Below, in pieces: positions 23,408-32,000 of a stretch of 32,000 nucleotides of DNA. Under the pieces are notes generated by a model that made no database searches, had not been told where the DNA came from, and was given only the letters and a program-made list of their open reading frames with translations. Location: positions 1,110,001 to 1,142,000 of the forward strand of contig NC_007614.1 in the NCBI RefSeq assembly GCF_000196355.1, in the 5' to 3' direction. A program made the position numbers and the translations under genes. Each line of letters begins with the position of its first letter. Position 1 is the first letter of the stretch. The stretch comes from Nitrosospira multiformis ATCC 25196. GTDB taxonomy: Bacteria; Pseudomonadota; Gammaproteobacteria; Burkholderiales; Nitrosomonadaceae.

Positions 23408-26400
23408 TTGCTGATTCCTACTTTGCGGCGTGCACTCAGGTTTTTCACTCCCCGCGTATTAATCCTGCTTTTTGCTGCGCTTTCAGTTGCAGTCTTTCTT
23501 GTCTATCGGGAAATAGAAACATCCTGGTATCAGGCATGGCGTCTGTCAAAGCTGGCTGGCGATCTGAAGTGGGAGATAAGAAGCGGTCGGGATGAAGACT
23601 TCACCCAACTCGCTCTTTCCCAGACCGGGCCGTATGATATTCGTCTGGGCTACAGCAGCCTGCCCCGGTTGCTTCAGAACCTGGAAAAACATGGTTTCGA
23701 GGTGCAGGCGCAGGCGCATGCTTCCAGGCAGATGAAGGATCTGGTCCGGCGGGGCGTGTTCGTGCCATATCGCGAAAAATCCCAGGCGGGCCTCGAGATA
23801 ACCGGAAGCAACGGGCAATCGCTATACCGCGTGTCGTTTCCGAAACGGGTGTATGATAAATTCGAATCCGTTCCGTCGGTGATCACGAGCAGTCTTCTGT
23901 TTATCGAAAACCGTGAATTGCTGGATGAAACCCGGCCGAAAAAAAATCCCGCCATAGACTGGGCCCGGCTCGGCAGGGCAATCCTGGACAAAGGGATTCA
24001 GGTTTTCAATTCCGACCATGATGTTCCCGGCGGCAGTACGCTTGCCACGCAGATCGAGAAATACCGTCATTCTCCCAACGGGCTGACGCTTACCAGCGGG
24101 GACAAGTTCCAGCAGATTGCTTCCGCCTCCGTGCGTGCGTATCTGCAGGGGGACAACACGCTGGCGGTCCGCAAACAGATCATGGTGGACTATCTTAATA
24201 CCGTTCCGCTTGCGGGCGCTCTCGGGTTCGGAGAAACGAATGGAATCGGTGACGCTCTCTGGGCTTGGTATGGGCTCGATTTCGAAGAAACCAACCGCAT
24301 CCTGAACTGGCAATACCGGAACGAAACCGAATTTGCCAAGGCTGCAGGGCGCTACAAGCACGTACTGAGCCTCATGATTGCGCAGCGGAGGCCTTCCTAT
24401 TATCTGTTGGCTGGCCGCCAGGAGCTCGATGAGCTCACGGATGCCTATCTGCGCGTGCTTACCCAGGTGAAAGTGATTCCACCCAGACTCAGGGATGCTG
24501 CCCTTCGACAACCTCTGCGGTTTCGGGATGCCTTCAAGCCGGAGGAGATCAAGGACTTTTCCGCCCAGAAGGCGGTCAATGCGGCGCGAGTACGCCTTGC
24601 GTCCCAACTCGGGCTACAGGGGCTGTATGATCTGGACCGGCTGGATCTGTCCGTGCAGAGCACGCTCGATATCGAGCTGCAAAAAAGGACCACCGAAATG
24701 CTGCGCCAGTTGAGGGACCCGATAAATGCGGTAGCGGCGGGACTGTATGGCCATCGCCTGTTGGGAAAAGAAGATCCATCCAAAATCATCTATAGCTTCA
24801 CCCTTTCAGAATTGACTCCCGACGGCGCCAAGTTCCGCATTCTCGCTGACAATTTCGACCAGCCTCTCGATATCAACAAGGGGACCAAGCTTGATCTGGG
24901 TTCCACCGCCAAGTTGAGGACACTCGTGACGTATCTCGAAATTGTCGAGGCCCTGCATCGAAAATATGCAGCCTGGGAACTGAAAGCATTACGCGCGGAA
25001 GAGGTCGATCCAAGCGACGCGCTCAGCCGCTGGGCAATCGACCATCTTTTGCATAGTGGGGACAAGAGCCTGAGATCCATGTTGAATGCGGCCATGGAGC
25101 GCAAGTACTCTGCCAATCCCTATGAGCGCTTCTTTACCGGGGGGGGCCAGCACGTCTTTCATAATTTCAAGCCCGAAGACAACTACAGGATCATGAGCGT
25201 ACGCGAGGCCACGACCAACTCGGTTAATCTCGTCTATATCCGGTTGATGCGGGATATCGTGCGTTACTACATGTTCCAGGTGGGAGGGTCGTCCGCCAAA
25301 ATACTCAGGGATGCGAGTAATTCCGATCGGGGGGAATATCTTCGGCGCTTTGCAGACAAGGAAGGCAGAGTGTTCATCAACCGTTTTTACCTGAAGTACA
25401 AAGACAAGTCCACTGATCCGCGCGAGGTGAGCGACATATTCTTTTCCAGCTTCCGGCACACGCCCCGGCGTCTCGCAGCGGCTTACCGCTATATTTACCC
25501 AGCCTCCAGTCTGGTCGAATTCGTGGCCTTCATGACCCCGCATTTGCCCCGGTTCAAACAGCTGGATACCTATAGACTGGAGGATCTGTACGAGGCTTAT
25601 GCACCAGGAAAATATTCGCTGGCGGATCAGGGCCATATCGTCACGGTTCATCCTCTGGAACTATGGCTGGCGCGTTACCTGATCCTGCATCCGGCAGCCG
25701 ACTACAAGGAGGTGATCGACGCGAGCGCCGGCGAGCGCATTGCCGTCTATCACTGGCTGTTCAATACTATCCATAAAAACTCCCAGGACGTGCGTATCCG
25801 CGGCCTTCTGGAGGTCGAGGCATTTCTCGAAATTCACCGCAGCTGGAAGCGCCTCGGGTATCCTTTCGACTCTCTCGTACCATCGCTCGCTACGGCAATA
25901 GGAAGTTCCGCGGATCACCCCGCGGCCCTTGCCGAGCTTATGGGTGTCATCCTCAACGATGGCGTCCGGGTACCCACGCTGCTGATCGAGCGTCTGCGCT
26001 TTGCAGCCGACACGCCTTTCGAGACGATCGTCGAGAAGAAACCCCTCCAGGGTGAAAGAGTATTTTCCCCCGAACTGGCGGCAACGGTGCGCAGTGTCCT
26101 GACCAAGGTGGTAGCGGTGGGTACGGCTTCGCGGCTGGCGCATGCAATGGTGGAAGAGGATGGCTCGGAAATCCTGATCGGCGGGAAAACCGGCACGGGT
26201 GATCATCGTCATATCACGTTTTCTTCATCGGGAGTCATCAAGGAATCGCGTGCGGTGAACCGTTCTGCAACTTTTGTCTTCTTTATCGGCGACCGTTTTT
26301 TCGGGACCATGACTGCATTCGTACCGGGAGTGGATGCAGCAAACTATACGTTTACCTCGGCACTTTCCACACAGGTGATGAAAAAACTGGTACCGGTCCT

Positions 26401-26512
26401 CAAACCCCTTATTGACAAGCCTCCATCCTGGCCGGAATCCACCCTGGCGGAGGATGCGATCAGGAAAGCTTTACCGGAAGAAAAGGAAAAGCTGCAGCCC
26501 ACTTCCAGCTAA
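23408..26512 (+). CDS. Divergent class-A PBP-like protein (GT51 transglycosylase + penicillin-binding transpeptidase motifs)
   Basis: N-terminal TM anchor. GT51-like blocks: SLLFIENRELLD, PGGSTLATQIEK and RKQIMVDYLNTVPL. Transpeptidase-like motifs: STAK (Ser499), SVN (Ser605) and KTG (Lys927). The start is TTG at 23408 or 23423, with no upstream ATG. Confidence 0.8.
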   Translation: MLIPTLRRALRFFTPRVLILLFAALSVAVFLVYREIETSWYQAWRLSKLAGDLKWEIRSGRDEDFTQLALSQTGPYDIRLGYSSLPRLLQNLEKHGFEVQAQAHASRQMKDLVRRGVFVPYREKSQAGLEITGSNGQSLYRVSFPKRVYDKFESVPSVITSSLLFIENRELLDETRPKKNPAIDWARLGRAILDKGIQVFNSDHDVPGGSTLATQIEKYRHSPNGLTLTSGDKFQQIASASVRAYLQGDNTLAVRKQIMVDYLNTVPLAGALGFGETNGIGDALWAWYGLDFEETNRILNWQYRNETEFAKAAGRYKHVLSLMIAQRRPSYYLLAGRQELDELTDAYLRVLTQVKVIPPRLRDAALRQPLRFRDAFKPEEIKDFSAQKAVNAARVRLASQLGLQGLYDLDRLDLSVQSTLDIELQKRTTEMLRQLRDPINAVAAGLYGHRLLGKEDPSKIIYSFTLSELTPDGAKFRILADNFDQPLDINKGTKLDLGSTAKLRTLVTYLEIVEALHRKYAAWELKALRAEEVDPSDALSRWAIDHLLHSGDKSLRSMLNAAMERKYSANPYERFFTGGGQHVFHNFKPEDNYRIMSVREATTNSVNLVYIRLMRDIVRYYMFQVGGSSAKILRDASNSDRGEYLRRFADKEGRVFINRFYLKYKDKSTDPREVSDIFFSSFRHTPRRLAAAYRYIYPASSLVEFVAFMTPHLPRFKQLDTYRLEDLYEAYAPGKYSLADQGHIVTVHPLELWLARYLILHPAADYKEVIDASAGERIAVYHWLFNTIHKNSQDVRIRGLLEVEAFLEIHRSWKRLGYPFDSLVPSLATAIGSSADHPAALAELMGVILNDGVRVPTLLIERLRFAADTPFETIVEKKPLQGERVFSPELAATVRSVLTKVVAVGTASRLAHAMVEEDGSEILIGGKTGTGDHRHITFSSSGVIKESRAVNRSATFVFFIGDRFFGTMTAFVPGVDAANYTFTSALSTQVMKKLVPVLKPLIDKPPSWPESTLAEDAIRKALPEEKEKLQPTSS

Positions 26513-26544
26513 ACTTGAACACACTCGTACCCGGCAGCGGGGAT

Positions 26545-26664
26545 TCAGTCCTCTGTGTTGATCCACCACAGGAAAACCACTATTCCCAGCACCAGGGCGA
26601 GGCCCAGGATAGCCTTGGCAAATTCCTTTACAAACCAGAATACCATCGATTCATATAAACTCAC
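26545..26664 (-). CDS. Small hydrophobic protein (39 aa), not in the ORF track
   Basis: My translation is (GTG)SLYESMVFWFVKEFAKAILGLALVLGIVVFLWWINTED-stop, with one clear TM helix. GGGGAGA lies just upstream of the GTG, which begins 15 nt after the stop of the DUF2905-like gene. The alternative start is ATG 26646. Confidence 0.35.
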   Translation of the reverse strand: MSLYESMVFWFVKEFAKAILGLALVLGIVVFLWWINTED

Positions 26665-26679
26665 ATTTTCTCCCCTGAT

Positions 26680-26883
26680 TTATTTTCGGGTCCACCACCA
26701 CAACAGAAACGACAGAACCAGCGACACCAGCAGCCCGCTGGTGAGCGGAAAGTAGAGTCTGAAATTCTCGCGTTCAATGACAATATCTCCGGGAAGACGG
26801 CCAAAGGGCAGCTTCGACAACCAGGGCCACAATAATCCCGCCAACAACAGGAGTATGCCGCATAGGATAAGCAGACGCTGCAT
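26680..26883 (-). CDS. DUF2905-like small membrane protein
   Basis: MQRLLILCGILLLLAGLLWPWLSKLPFGRLPGDIVIERENFRLYFPLTSGLLVSLVLSFLLWWW. The G.LPGDI core flanked by two TM helices matches my memory of DUF2905. ATG 26883 with SD GGAGA is preferred over the track start 26985. Confidence 0.7.
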   Translation of the reverse strand: MQRLLILCGILLLLAGLLWPWLSKLPFGRLPGDIVIERENFRLYFPLTSGLLVSLVLSFLLWWWTRK

Positions 26884-27469
26884 AAGAATCTCCGACTCGT
26901 CATTTTCTGCGAACATGTTCCAGCCAGTGTAAACCGGTTTTTCCGGAAAGATCAATTCGCTCTTCCCGGCTATATCCGGGGGCACTCTGCCTTATCCGCC
27001 AGTTCTTCCTCCCAGGGAACCTGTGAATAAATCCTTCGCAAACTGCGCTGTTAAAATGGGAATGATGGCAAGGCACCCGAAGAAGATCATAGCCTGGTCT
27101 GCCCTACCTGGAAGCGCAGCTAGTGGGATCCAGTAACGTCAGACATCGAGACGTCGGCGTCGTAATACATACTTCTTATCTTTCACCCACTTATCATGTG
27201 GGATAACCCGATCAACAGAAAAGTTCTGTAGTCGATAGAGGGGCGAATTACGATTGCTTTCTCCTGTTGTCCATCCCTTCGGTGGTATGGATCAGTTATG
27301 TGTGAAAGCGAACGGAACACGTGGGAGGCTGTCACTAGAATCGGCAGAATGACCTGCATCGTTCCTTCTTTTCTATGAGGAACGCCACGCCGGGTCTACT
27401 GGTTTATTTTTATCTTCGTTAATCGAATCTGATTGCAATCCTCAGATTTCTGTTTTCAAGGAGGATAAC

Positions 27470-27988
27470 ATGAATATTCTGGTAAAGAAGAACTCCCGTA
27501 GTTTACTGACCATAGTTACATTGGTGTTCGGCATGTCTGTTTCAGCCGGGCTCAGCGCGCAGGAGCATTCTGACAAGCGGGTAGTGAATAAAAAGTCGGA
27601 ACAGGTCGAAAGCAAGCACCCCGGGGCCAAAGTTGACAAGATGACTATCGAGGTTCCCGTATTGACGTTCGTTCCAGTCCAGGTTTCAGCAGAACTCGAA
27701 AACAGAGGGTGCTGGGTGAAATTTTTTGACAAGAAGAATTTTCAAGGCGACAGCCTGTTTTTAAGCGGCCCCGCTACCTTGCCTCGACTGATAGGTCCGT
27801 TTGGCTACGATTGGGAGAACAAGGTTCGCAGTGTCAAAGTCGGTCCCAGAGCCAATCTCACCATTTTTGACAATCACAATTATCGGGACGAGGATAAGTT
27901 TCTCGATGCCGGTGCAAACGTCGCTAATCTGTCGAAGGAAATGGGTTTTTTTGACAACTTCCGTTCAATGGTACTGAATTGTATTTGA
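27470..27988 (+). CDS. Secreted beta-gamma-crystallin-like domain protein
   Basis: Strong SD AAGGAGG and the signal peptide ..VFGMSVSAGLSA/QE. There are two Greek-key-like motifs: FFDKKNFQGDSLFL...NKVRSVKV and IFDNHNYRDEDKFL...DNFRSMVL, showing the F/YxxxxF/YxG and D/N-x-x-R-S patterns. Cysteines bracket the domain. Confidence 0.65.
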   Translation: MNILVKKNSRSLLTIVTLVFGMSVSAGLSAQEHSDKRVVNKKSEQVESKHPGAKVDKMTIEVPVLTFVPVQVSAELENRGCWVKFFDKKNFQGDSLFLSGPATLPRLIGPFGYDWENKVRSVKVGPRANLTIFDNHNYRDEDKFLDAGANVANLSKEMGFFDNFRSMVLNCI

Positions 27989-28052
27989 TTTGCCGTCCGC
28001 TTCATTGATCTTATCGGGATAGCGGTGGTGACCGGCGGTGCAGCAGATTTCA

Positions 28053-28071
28053 GGGCGGGTAGAACCCGCCC
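28053..28071. terminator. GC-rich hairpin between convergent genes (possible bidirectional terminator)
   Basis: gggcggg-tagaa-cccgccc has a perfect 7-bp GC stem. It lies 65 nt after the stop at 27988 and 16 nt after the stop of the minus-strand hydrolase gene. Neither side has a clear U-tract. Confidence 0.35.
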
Positions 28072-28086
28072 CTCATCAAGAAATTT

Positions 28087-28770
28087 CTAGGGGCGGCAGG
28101 AATCGAGGACGATGCGTTTGAGTATATGCAGGCGCCGATGAAAGAAATGCTCTGCGCCGGGTACAACGACAATGGGTAATTCCTGCGGAGCGGCCCAATC
28201 CAGAACGGTTTTAAGCGGAACGACGTCATCCTGATCGCCGTGAATGATCAGCACGCGCGGTAGAGATTGGACATCCTGCGTATCCTGCGGAAAGGAGAGG
28301 GGAGGAGCGCTCAAGCGCTCTACTGCCGGGGCGACCAGCACCATTTGTTGCGGCTTGAGCCGTTGCGCGGCGAAAACCTGGATTGCACCGCCAAATGAAA
28401 ATCCCGCCAGGCACAACGGCGGAGAAGAGTTGAAACGGGAGGCATATTCCGCTGTTACAGCTTCCGTCACCGCCACTACATCCTCGACTTCTCCCAGACC
28501 ATCGTTGCCCGAATAGAGGGGACCTTCGCTCTGCTCCACACCCCGGAAGTTGAATTTGACCGTGATAAACTCGAGCTCCAGGAAGGACTTGAACAGGGTA
28601 TGCACTACCTTGTTATTCATGGTTCCGCCATAGAGCGGATGAGGGTGTGCGATGACGGCAATCCCTCGGGGGGAAGGCGAGGCCGGCTCCGCCAGAACCG
28701 CTTCCAGCTTTCCCGCCGGGCCGTCGATGAACAGGTTTCTGGACAGGGTTTGGGAATTATGCGCAGTCAA
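28087..28770 (-). CDS. Alpha/beta-fold hydrolase (COG2945-like)
   Basis: IAVIAHPHPLYGGTMNNKVV is characteristic of that small hydrolase family. The nucleophile elbow is GFSFGG, and a late HGDQD..VP / GAEHFF supplies the Asp and His. The start is TTG, the only start codon in the open frame. Confidence 0.8.
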   Translation of the reverse strand: MTAHNSQTLSRNLFIDGPAGKLEAVLAEPASPSPRGIAVIAHPHPLYGGTMNNKVVHTLFKSFLELEFITVKFNFRGVEQSEGPLYSGNDGLGEVEDVVAVTEAVTAEYASRFNSSPPLCLAGFSFGGAIQVFAAQRLKPQQMVLVAPAVERLSAPPLSFPQDTQDVQSLPRVLIIHGDQDDVVPLKTVLDWAAPQELPIVVVPGAEHFFHRRLHILKRIVLDSCRP

Positions 28771-28819
28771 CGGATAGACATGAAATCGTGAATCGAAGGA
28801 GCAGTATCATACACCGAGA

Positions 28820-29131
28820 TCAGATCCGTAACCGCTCGACCACACGGCCGTTTTTCAGGTGCTCTTCGATGATTTCATCGATATCCTCCTTGTCCACGTA
28901 GGTATACCAAACATCTTCAGGATACACGACGATGACAGGACCTTCATTGCAACGGTCCAGGCAACCTGCATTATTAATCCTTATCCTCTTGTTCTTAGAG
29001 TCCAGCTTGAGTGCCTTTACACGCTCTTTGGCATAGTCGCGCATTGCCTGGGCGCCAAAGTTATTGCAGCACAAGGTGCCGGGTTCACGCTGGTTCACGC
29101 AGAAAAATACATGCCGATGGTAGTAGCTCAT
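28820..29131 (-). CDS. Thioredoxin-like [2Fe-2S] ferredoxin
   Basis: HVFFCVNQR....CC and GCLDRCNEGPVIVVYPEDVWY give the four-Cys pattern and the P.vvvyP..vWY block of the thioredoxin-like 2Fe-2S ferredoxin family. Confidence 0.85.
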   Translation of the reverse strand: MSYYHRHVFFCVNQREPGTLCCNNFGAQAMRDYAKERVKALKLDSKNKRIRINNAGCLDRCNEGPVIVVYPEDVWYTYVDKEDIDEIIEEHLKNGRVVERLRI

Positions 29132-29169
29132 GGTTTTTGTATTGAATGGATGAGCAGAAATTATAACGA

Positions 29170-30270
29170 TTATCGCAGTTTAATTTCTGTCCACAAGCGG
29201 CTCAACAGTCGCCGCTGCTTGCGATCGAGATCGCGCAGCATTTCAAGCCGGGCAATCAGTTCCGGATCGGGAAAAATGGCCTTGTTGCTTGCAATTTCTG
29301 GCTGGATGTATTGCAAAGCATCGAGATTGGGATTGCCCGAGCCGATGAGATTGGTGAGTTCGGCGGAATTCTTTCCATCCAGCATGAAATTGATGAACTG
29401 GTGAGCAAGATCGGGGCGTTTCCCGCTTTTGTGCAGAACCATGCTATCCACTGCCAGCACTGCTCCCTCTTTGGGCGTCGAATAGCTGATCGTGAATTTC
29501 CGCCCGGTTTTCTGGGCATCGAGCGCCGCCTGGAACATGTCATTGGAATAACCGTGCGCCACCCACAGATTACCCACTGCCAGTTCCTTGATGTAGCTGG
29601 TATTGCTGAAGGCCGCCCAATAGGGTTTGGCGCGCACGATCAGAGCGGCGGCCTCCTGCCAATGCCTCTCATCCGTATCGTTCACGGAATAGCCCAGATA
29701 CTTGAGCGCGGCGGCCATCAGCTCGCGCTGGCTGTCGAGCACGGTCACCCGTCCCCTGATTTTTTCCAGATATTTGGGTTCGAAGATGATTGCCCAGGTA
29801 TCAGTCGGCAGACCAAGCTGCTCGATCTTCTCCTTGTTGAAACCGAGCAGAGAGAGCGTGTAGGCGTAGGGGACCGAGTATATGTTACCGGGGTCAAAGG
29901 CCGTATCGAGATAGGCAGGATTGATATTCCTGAAATTGGGCAGGAGCGATTTATCCAGCGGCCGCAGCGCTCCCTGGCGGATGAGGGTGTCGATCGCATT
30001 GCCCGTGGGAACGATAACATCATAACCGGTGGCTCCCGCCGCGAGCTTCGCCAGCATTTCCTCGTTGTCGGCATAATAATCCTGCGACAGGTCGCACTTA
30101 CAGGATTTCTCGAAGCGCGCAACGGTTTCCGGCGCGATGTAGTTATTCCAGTTGAACAGGTGCAGGACATTTTTGCCGCTGTTGCCCGCATCCGGATTCG
30201 GGGGAGTACATCCCGCGGCGAACGTGAGCAGTGATGCCAGCAGAAAAAAAAGGAGTCGTGGAGGGTTCAT
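29170..30270 (-). CDS. Polyamine (spermidine/putrescine) ABC transporter periplasmic binding lipoprotein, PotD/PotF-like
   Basis: The lipobox is LTFAAG-C. LHLFNWNNYIAPE..FEK, YDVIVP, and the SYSTPKEG/VLAVDSMV blocks are typical of the PotD/PotF family. Confidence 0.85.
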   Translation of the reverse strand: MNPPRLLFFLLASLLTFAAGCTPPNPDAGNSGKNVLHLFNWNNYIAPETVARFEKSCKCDLSQDYYADNEEMLAKLAAGATGYDVIVPTGNAIDTLIRQGALRPLDKSLLPNFRNINPAYLDTAFDPGNIYSVPYAYTLSLLGFNKEKIEQLGLPTDTWAIIFEPKYLEKIRGRVTVLDSQRELMAAALKYLGYSVNDTDERHWQEAAALIVRAKPYWAAFSNTSYIKELAVGNLWVAHGYSNDMFQAALDAQKTGRKFTISYSTPKEGAVLAVDSMVLHKSGKRPDLAHQFINFMLDGKNSAELTNLIGSGNPNLDALQYIQPEIASNKAIFPDPELIARLEMLRDLDRKQRRLLSRLWTEIKLR

Positions 30271-30293
30271 TATTCCGCCGCTTGTTTCACCGC

Positions 30294-31097
30294 TTATTTC
30301 ACCGTTTTGCGAGGTTTCGTGCTCTCTTCCGAGGAGGCGTTTGATTCAAGCCGGGCGGCAATGATGATCATGACCAATGTCAGCAACATCAATAATGTCG
30401 AGATGGCGTTCACTTCAGGCGTCACTGCCACTTTTATCATCGTATAAATCTGGATCGGCAGAATCGGTTCGCCTACACCCTTGGTAAAGAATGTAATGAC
30501 AAAATCATCGATGGACAAGGTGAACGACATCAAGGCGCCTGCGACTACAGCCGGCATGATGAGCGGCAAGGTGACGAGGCGGAAAGTTTGCCAAGGCGAT
30601 GCGCCCAGATCGCGCGCCGCTTCGAAGATGCTTTCATCCATTCCCTGCAGCCGCGCCCGCACGATGATGGCAACGAAACCAATGCAGAAGGTAGTATGCG
30701 CAATGATGATGGACACCATTCCAAGCGTGAAATTCAGGACTTGCAAAAAGAATAGCAGGATCGATACTCCAAGCAGGATTTCGGGCATTGCCACTGGAGT
30801 GAATACCAGCACCGGCAATACCCTGAGCTTGTACCGGTGTATCGCCAGGCCGGACATCGTGCCCAGCAGGGTAGCGCTGAAGCTGGCGCAAAGCGCGATG
30901 ATGAGCGAGTTGCGTGCCGCCAGCAGCATTTCGGTATTGTTGAACAGCGCCTTGTACCAGAACAAGGTAAAGCCGACCCATTCAGCATTCAACCTGGAAT
31001 CGTTGAACGAGTACAGCACTACGATGATCAGCGGGATATAAAGGAAGGCGTAAACCAGCACGGCCGCGGACCACAACCAGGGATTGCCGCGCTTCAC
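30294..31097 (-). CDS. ABC transporter permease, PotC-like
   Basis: Six hydrophobic segments and the EAA loop FEAARDLGASPWQTFRLVTLPLIMP. The GTG start lies 1 nt after the upstream permease stop. Confidence 0.85.
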   Translation of the reverse strand: MKRGNPWLWSAAVLVYAFLYIPLIIVVLYSFNDSRLNAEWVGFTLFWYKALFNNTEMLLAARNSLIIALCASFSATLLGTMSGLAIHRYKLRVLPVLVFTPVAMPEILLGVSILLFFLQVLNFTLGMVSIIIAHTTFCIGFVAIIVRARLQGMDESIFEAARDLGASPWQTFRLVTLPLIMPAVVAGALMSFTLSIDDFVITFFTKGVGEPILPIQIYTMIKVAVTPEVNAISTLLMLLTLVMIIIAARLESNASSEESTKPRKTVK

Positions 31098-31098
31098 G

Positions 31099-31998
31099 CT
31101 ATATCGCCCGCTGGCCGGTTGCGGAACGGGCGAACCATGTCGTCAAGCCTGCTACGGATAGTACCGCCAGTGTCAGCATGATGGACAATGCAGAACCGAA
31201 AGGCCAGTCGCGAGTGCCCAGGAACTGATCCTTGATCAGGTTTCCGATCAGGATATCGCCTGTGCCGCCTAATATATCCGGCACGGCGAACATGCCCAGC
31301 ACCGGAATGAATACCAGCGCGGATCCTGAAAATACGCCCGGCAGGGACAGCGGCCAGGTAACCCGCCAGAAGCGTTGCCAGGCATTCGCCCCCAGATCCT
31401 GTGCCGCATCCAGAAGGGAGGGATCGTGCTTCTCCAGATTGGTATAGAGAGGCAGCACCATGAAGGGCAGATGTACGTATACCATGCCCACCAATACTGC
31501 AAAAGGCGAGAATAATAACGTGACCGGGGCGATTCCGAACGCGCCGAGAAGGGTGTTGACAAAGTGGCTGAGCGCGGATTCCGGGCCGAGAATGATCATC
31601 CACGCGTAGATGCGAATGAGGAAATTGCTCGCGAACGGAAGTATCACCAACAGGACCATCAGGTTGCGCAAGTGTTTTCTGCTGCGGGCAATCAGTACTG
31701 CCAATGGATAAGCCAGGATGAGGCAGATCAGGGTCGTGCCGAACGCAACCGCGAACGATTTGAGAAAGATCTCCGTGTAGATGAAGTCGCTGAAAAAGAA
31801 CTGATATGCGTCCGAGGTGAATCCATATTCGCCAATCGCTTGGTCCGAAGGCGGGATAACGGGGGCCAGTCCGCCGAATTCACCCGGAAAGCGAAACGAG
31901 GTGAGAATCATGATCAGGCTGGGTGCCACAAAGAACACTATCAGGAACAATAGGGGTGGCCCGCTCACCAGCAGCCGGGCAAGCTGCTTTTCTTTCAT
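31099..31998 (-). CDS. ABC transporter permease, PotB-like
   Basis: Six hydrophobic segments and the EAA loop LLDAAQDLGANAWQRFWRVTWPLSLP. The ATG is at 31998. The cognate ATPase gene is presumably beyond the window edge. Confidence 0.85.
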   Translation of the reverse strand: MKEKQLARLLVSGPPLLFLIVFFVAPSLIMILTSFRFPGEFGGLAPVIPPSDQAIGEYGFTSDAYQFFFSDFIYTEIFLKSFAVAFGTTLICLILAYPLAVLIARSRKHLRNLMVLLVILPFASNFLIRIYAWMIILGPESALSHFVNTLLGAFGIAPVTLLFSPFAVLVGMVYVHLPFMVLPLYTNLEKHDPSLLDAAQDLGANAWQRFWRVTWPLSLPGVFSGSALVFIPVLGMFAVPDILGGTGDILIGNLIKDQFLGTRDWPFGSALSIMLTLAVLSVAGLTTWFARSATGQRAI

Positions 31999-32000
31999 TT

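Noticed and set aside
1-32000. CRISPR arrays, transposases, integrases, rRNA and complete tRNA genes.
   Set aside because: On either strand I saw no regularly spaced direct repeats, no DDE, tyrosine or serine recombinase motifs in any listed translation, and no complete tRNA cloverleaf.

Overview
The window looks like chromosomal DNA from a Gram-negative, proteobacterial-type genome: it encodes a TonB-dependent receptor, an outer-membrane barrel and a PEP-CTERM protein. It is gene-dense. All calls come from reading the supplied translations and the DNA by eye; no homology search was run. From left to right: a partial Sqs-type squalene synthase gene that is missing from the ORF track because it is open at the edge; an AT-rich insert with one orphan membrane/TPR-like gene; a PEP-CTERM-tagged PQQ-type sugar dehydrogenase; a stand-alone macro-domain gene followed by a tRNA 3'-end-like fragment. 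Next comes a run of 13 co-directional minus-strand genes (4944-22878): penicillin/AHL-acylase family, lipoprotein cytochrome c, periplasmic amidohydrolase with a His-rich insert, GH88-like protein, OM barrel, MFS, acyl-CoA dehydrogenase, adenylate-forming ligase, fused type III CoA-transferase, CysO-type GG sulfur carrier, JAMM protease, MoeZ-type E1-rhodanese and a TonB-dependent receptor. After that: a divergent 1034-aa class-A-PBP-like gene, small membrane proteins, a secreted beta-gamma-crystallin-like protein, an alpha/beta hydrolase, a thioredoxin-like 2Fe-2S ferredoxin and a PotBCD-like polyamine ABC importer. The most interesting item is 12503-22878. It is a tightly coupled sulfur-carrier + 'thioacid cassette' (ligase + type III CoA-transferase) operon, bracketed by a TonB receptor and an MFS pump and lacking any cysteine, molybdopterin or thiamin partner enzyme. 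I read it as a biosynthetic locus for a thiocarboxylate metallophore (PDTC- or thioquinolobactin-like) with unusual features. Secondary items: a 262-bp nested-palindrome (REP/BIME/MITE-like) element that swallows the 5' end of the porin ORF, a 17-bp tandem repeat operator candidate, the AT-rich orphan island, and the tRNA-fragment scar. No CRISPR array, transposase, integrase or rRNA was seen, and no intact tRNA.
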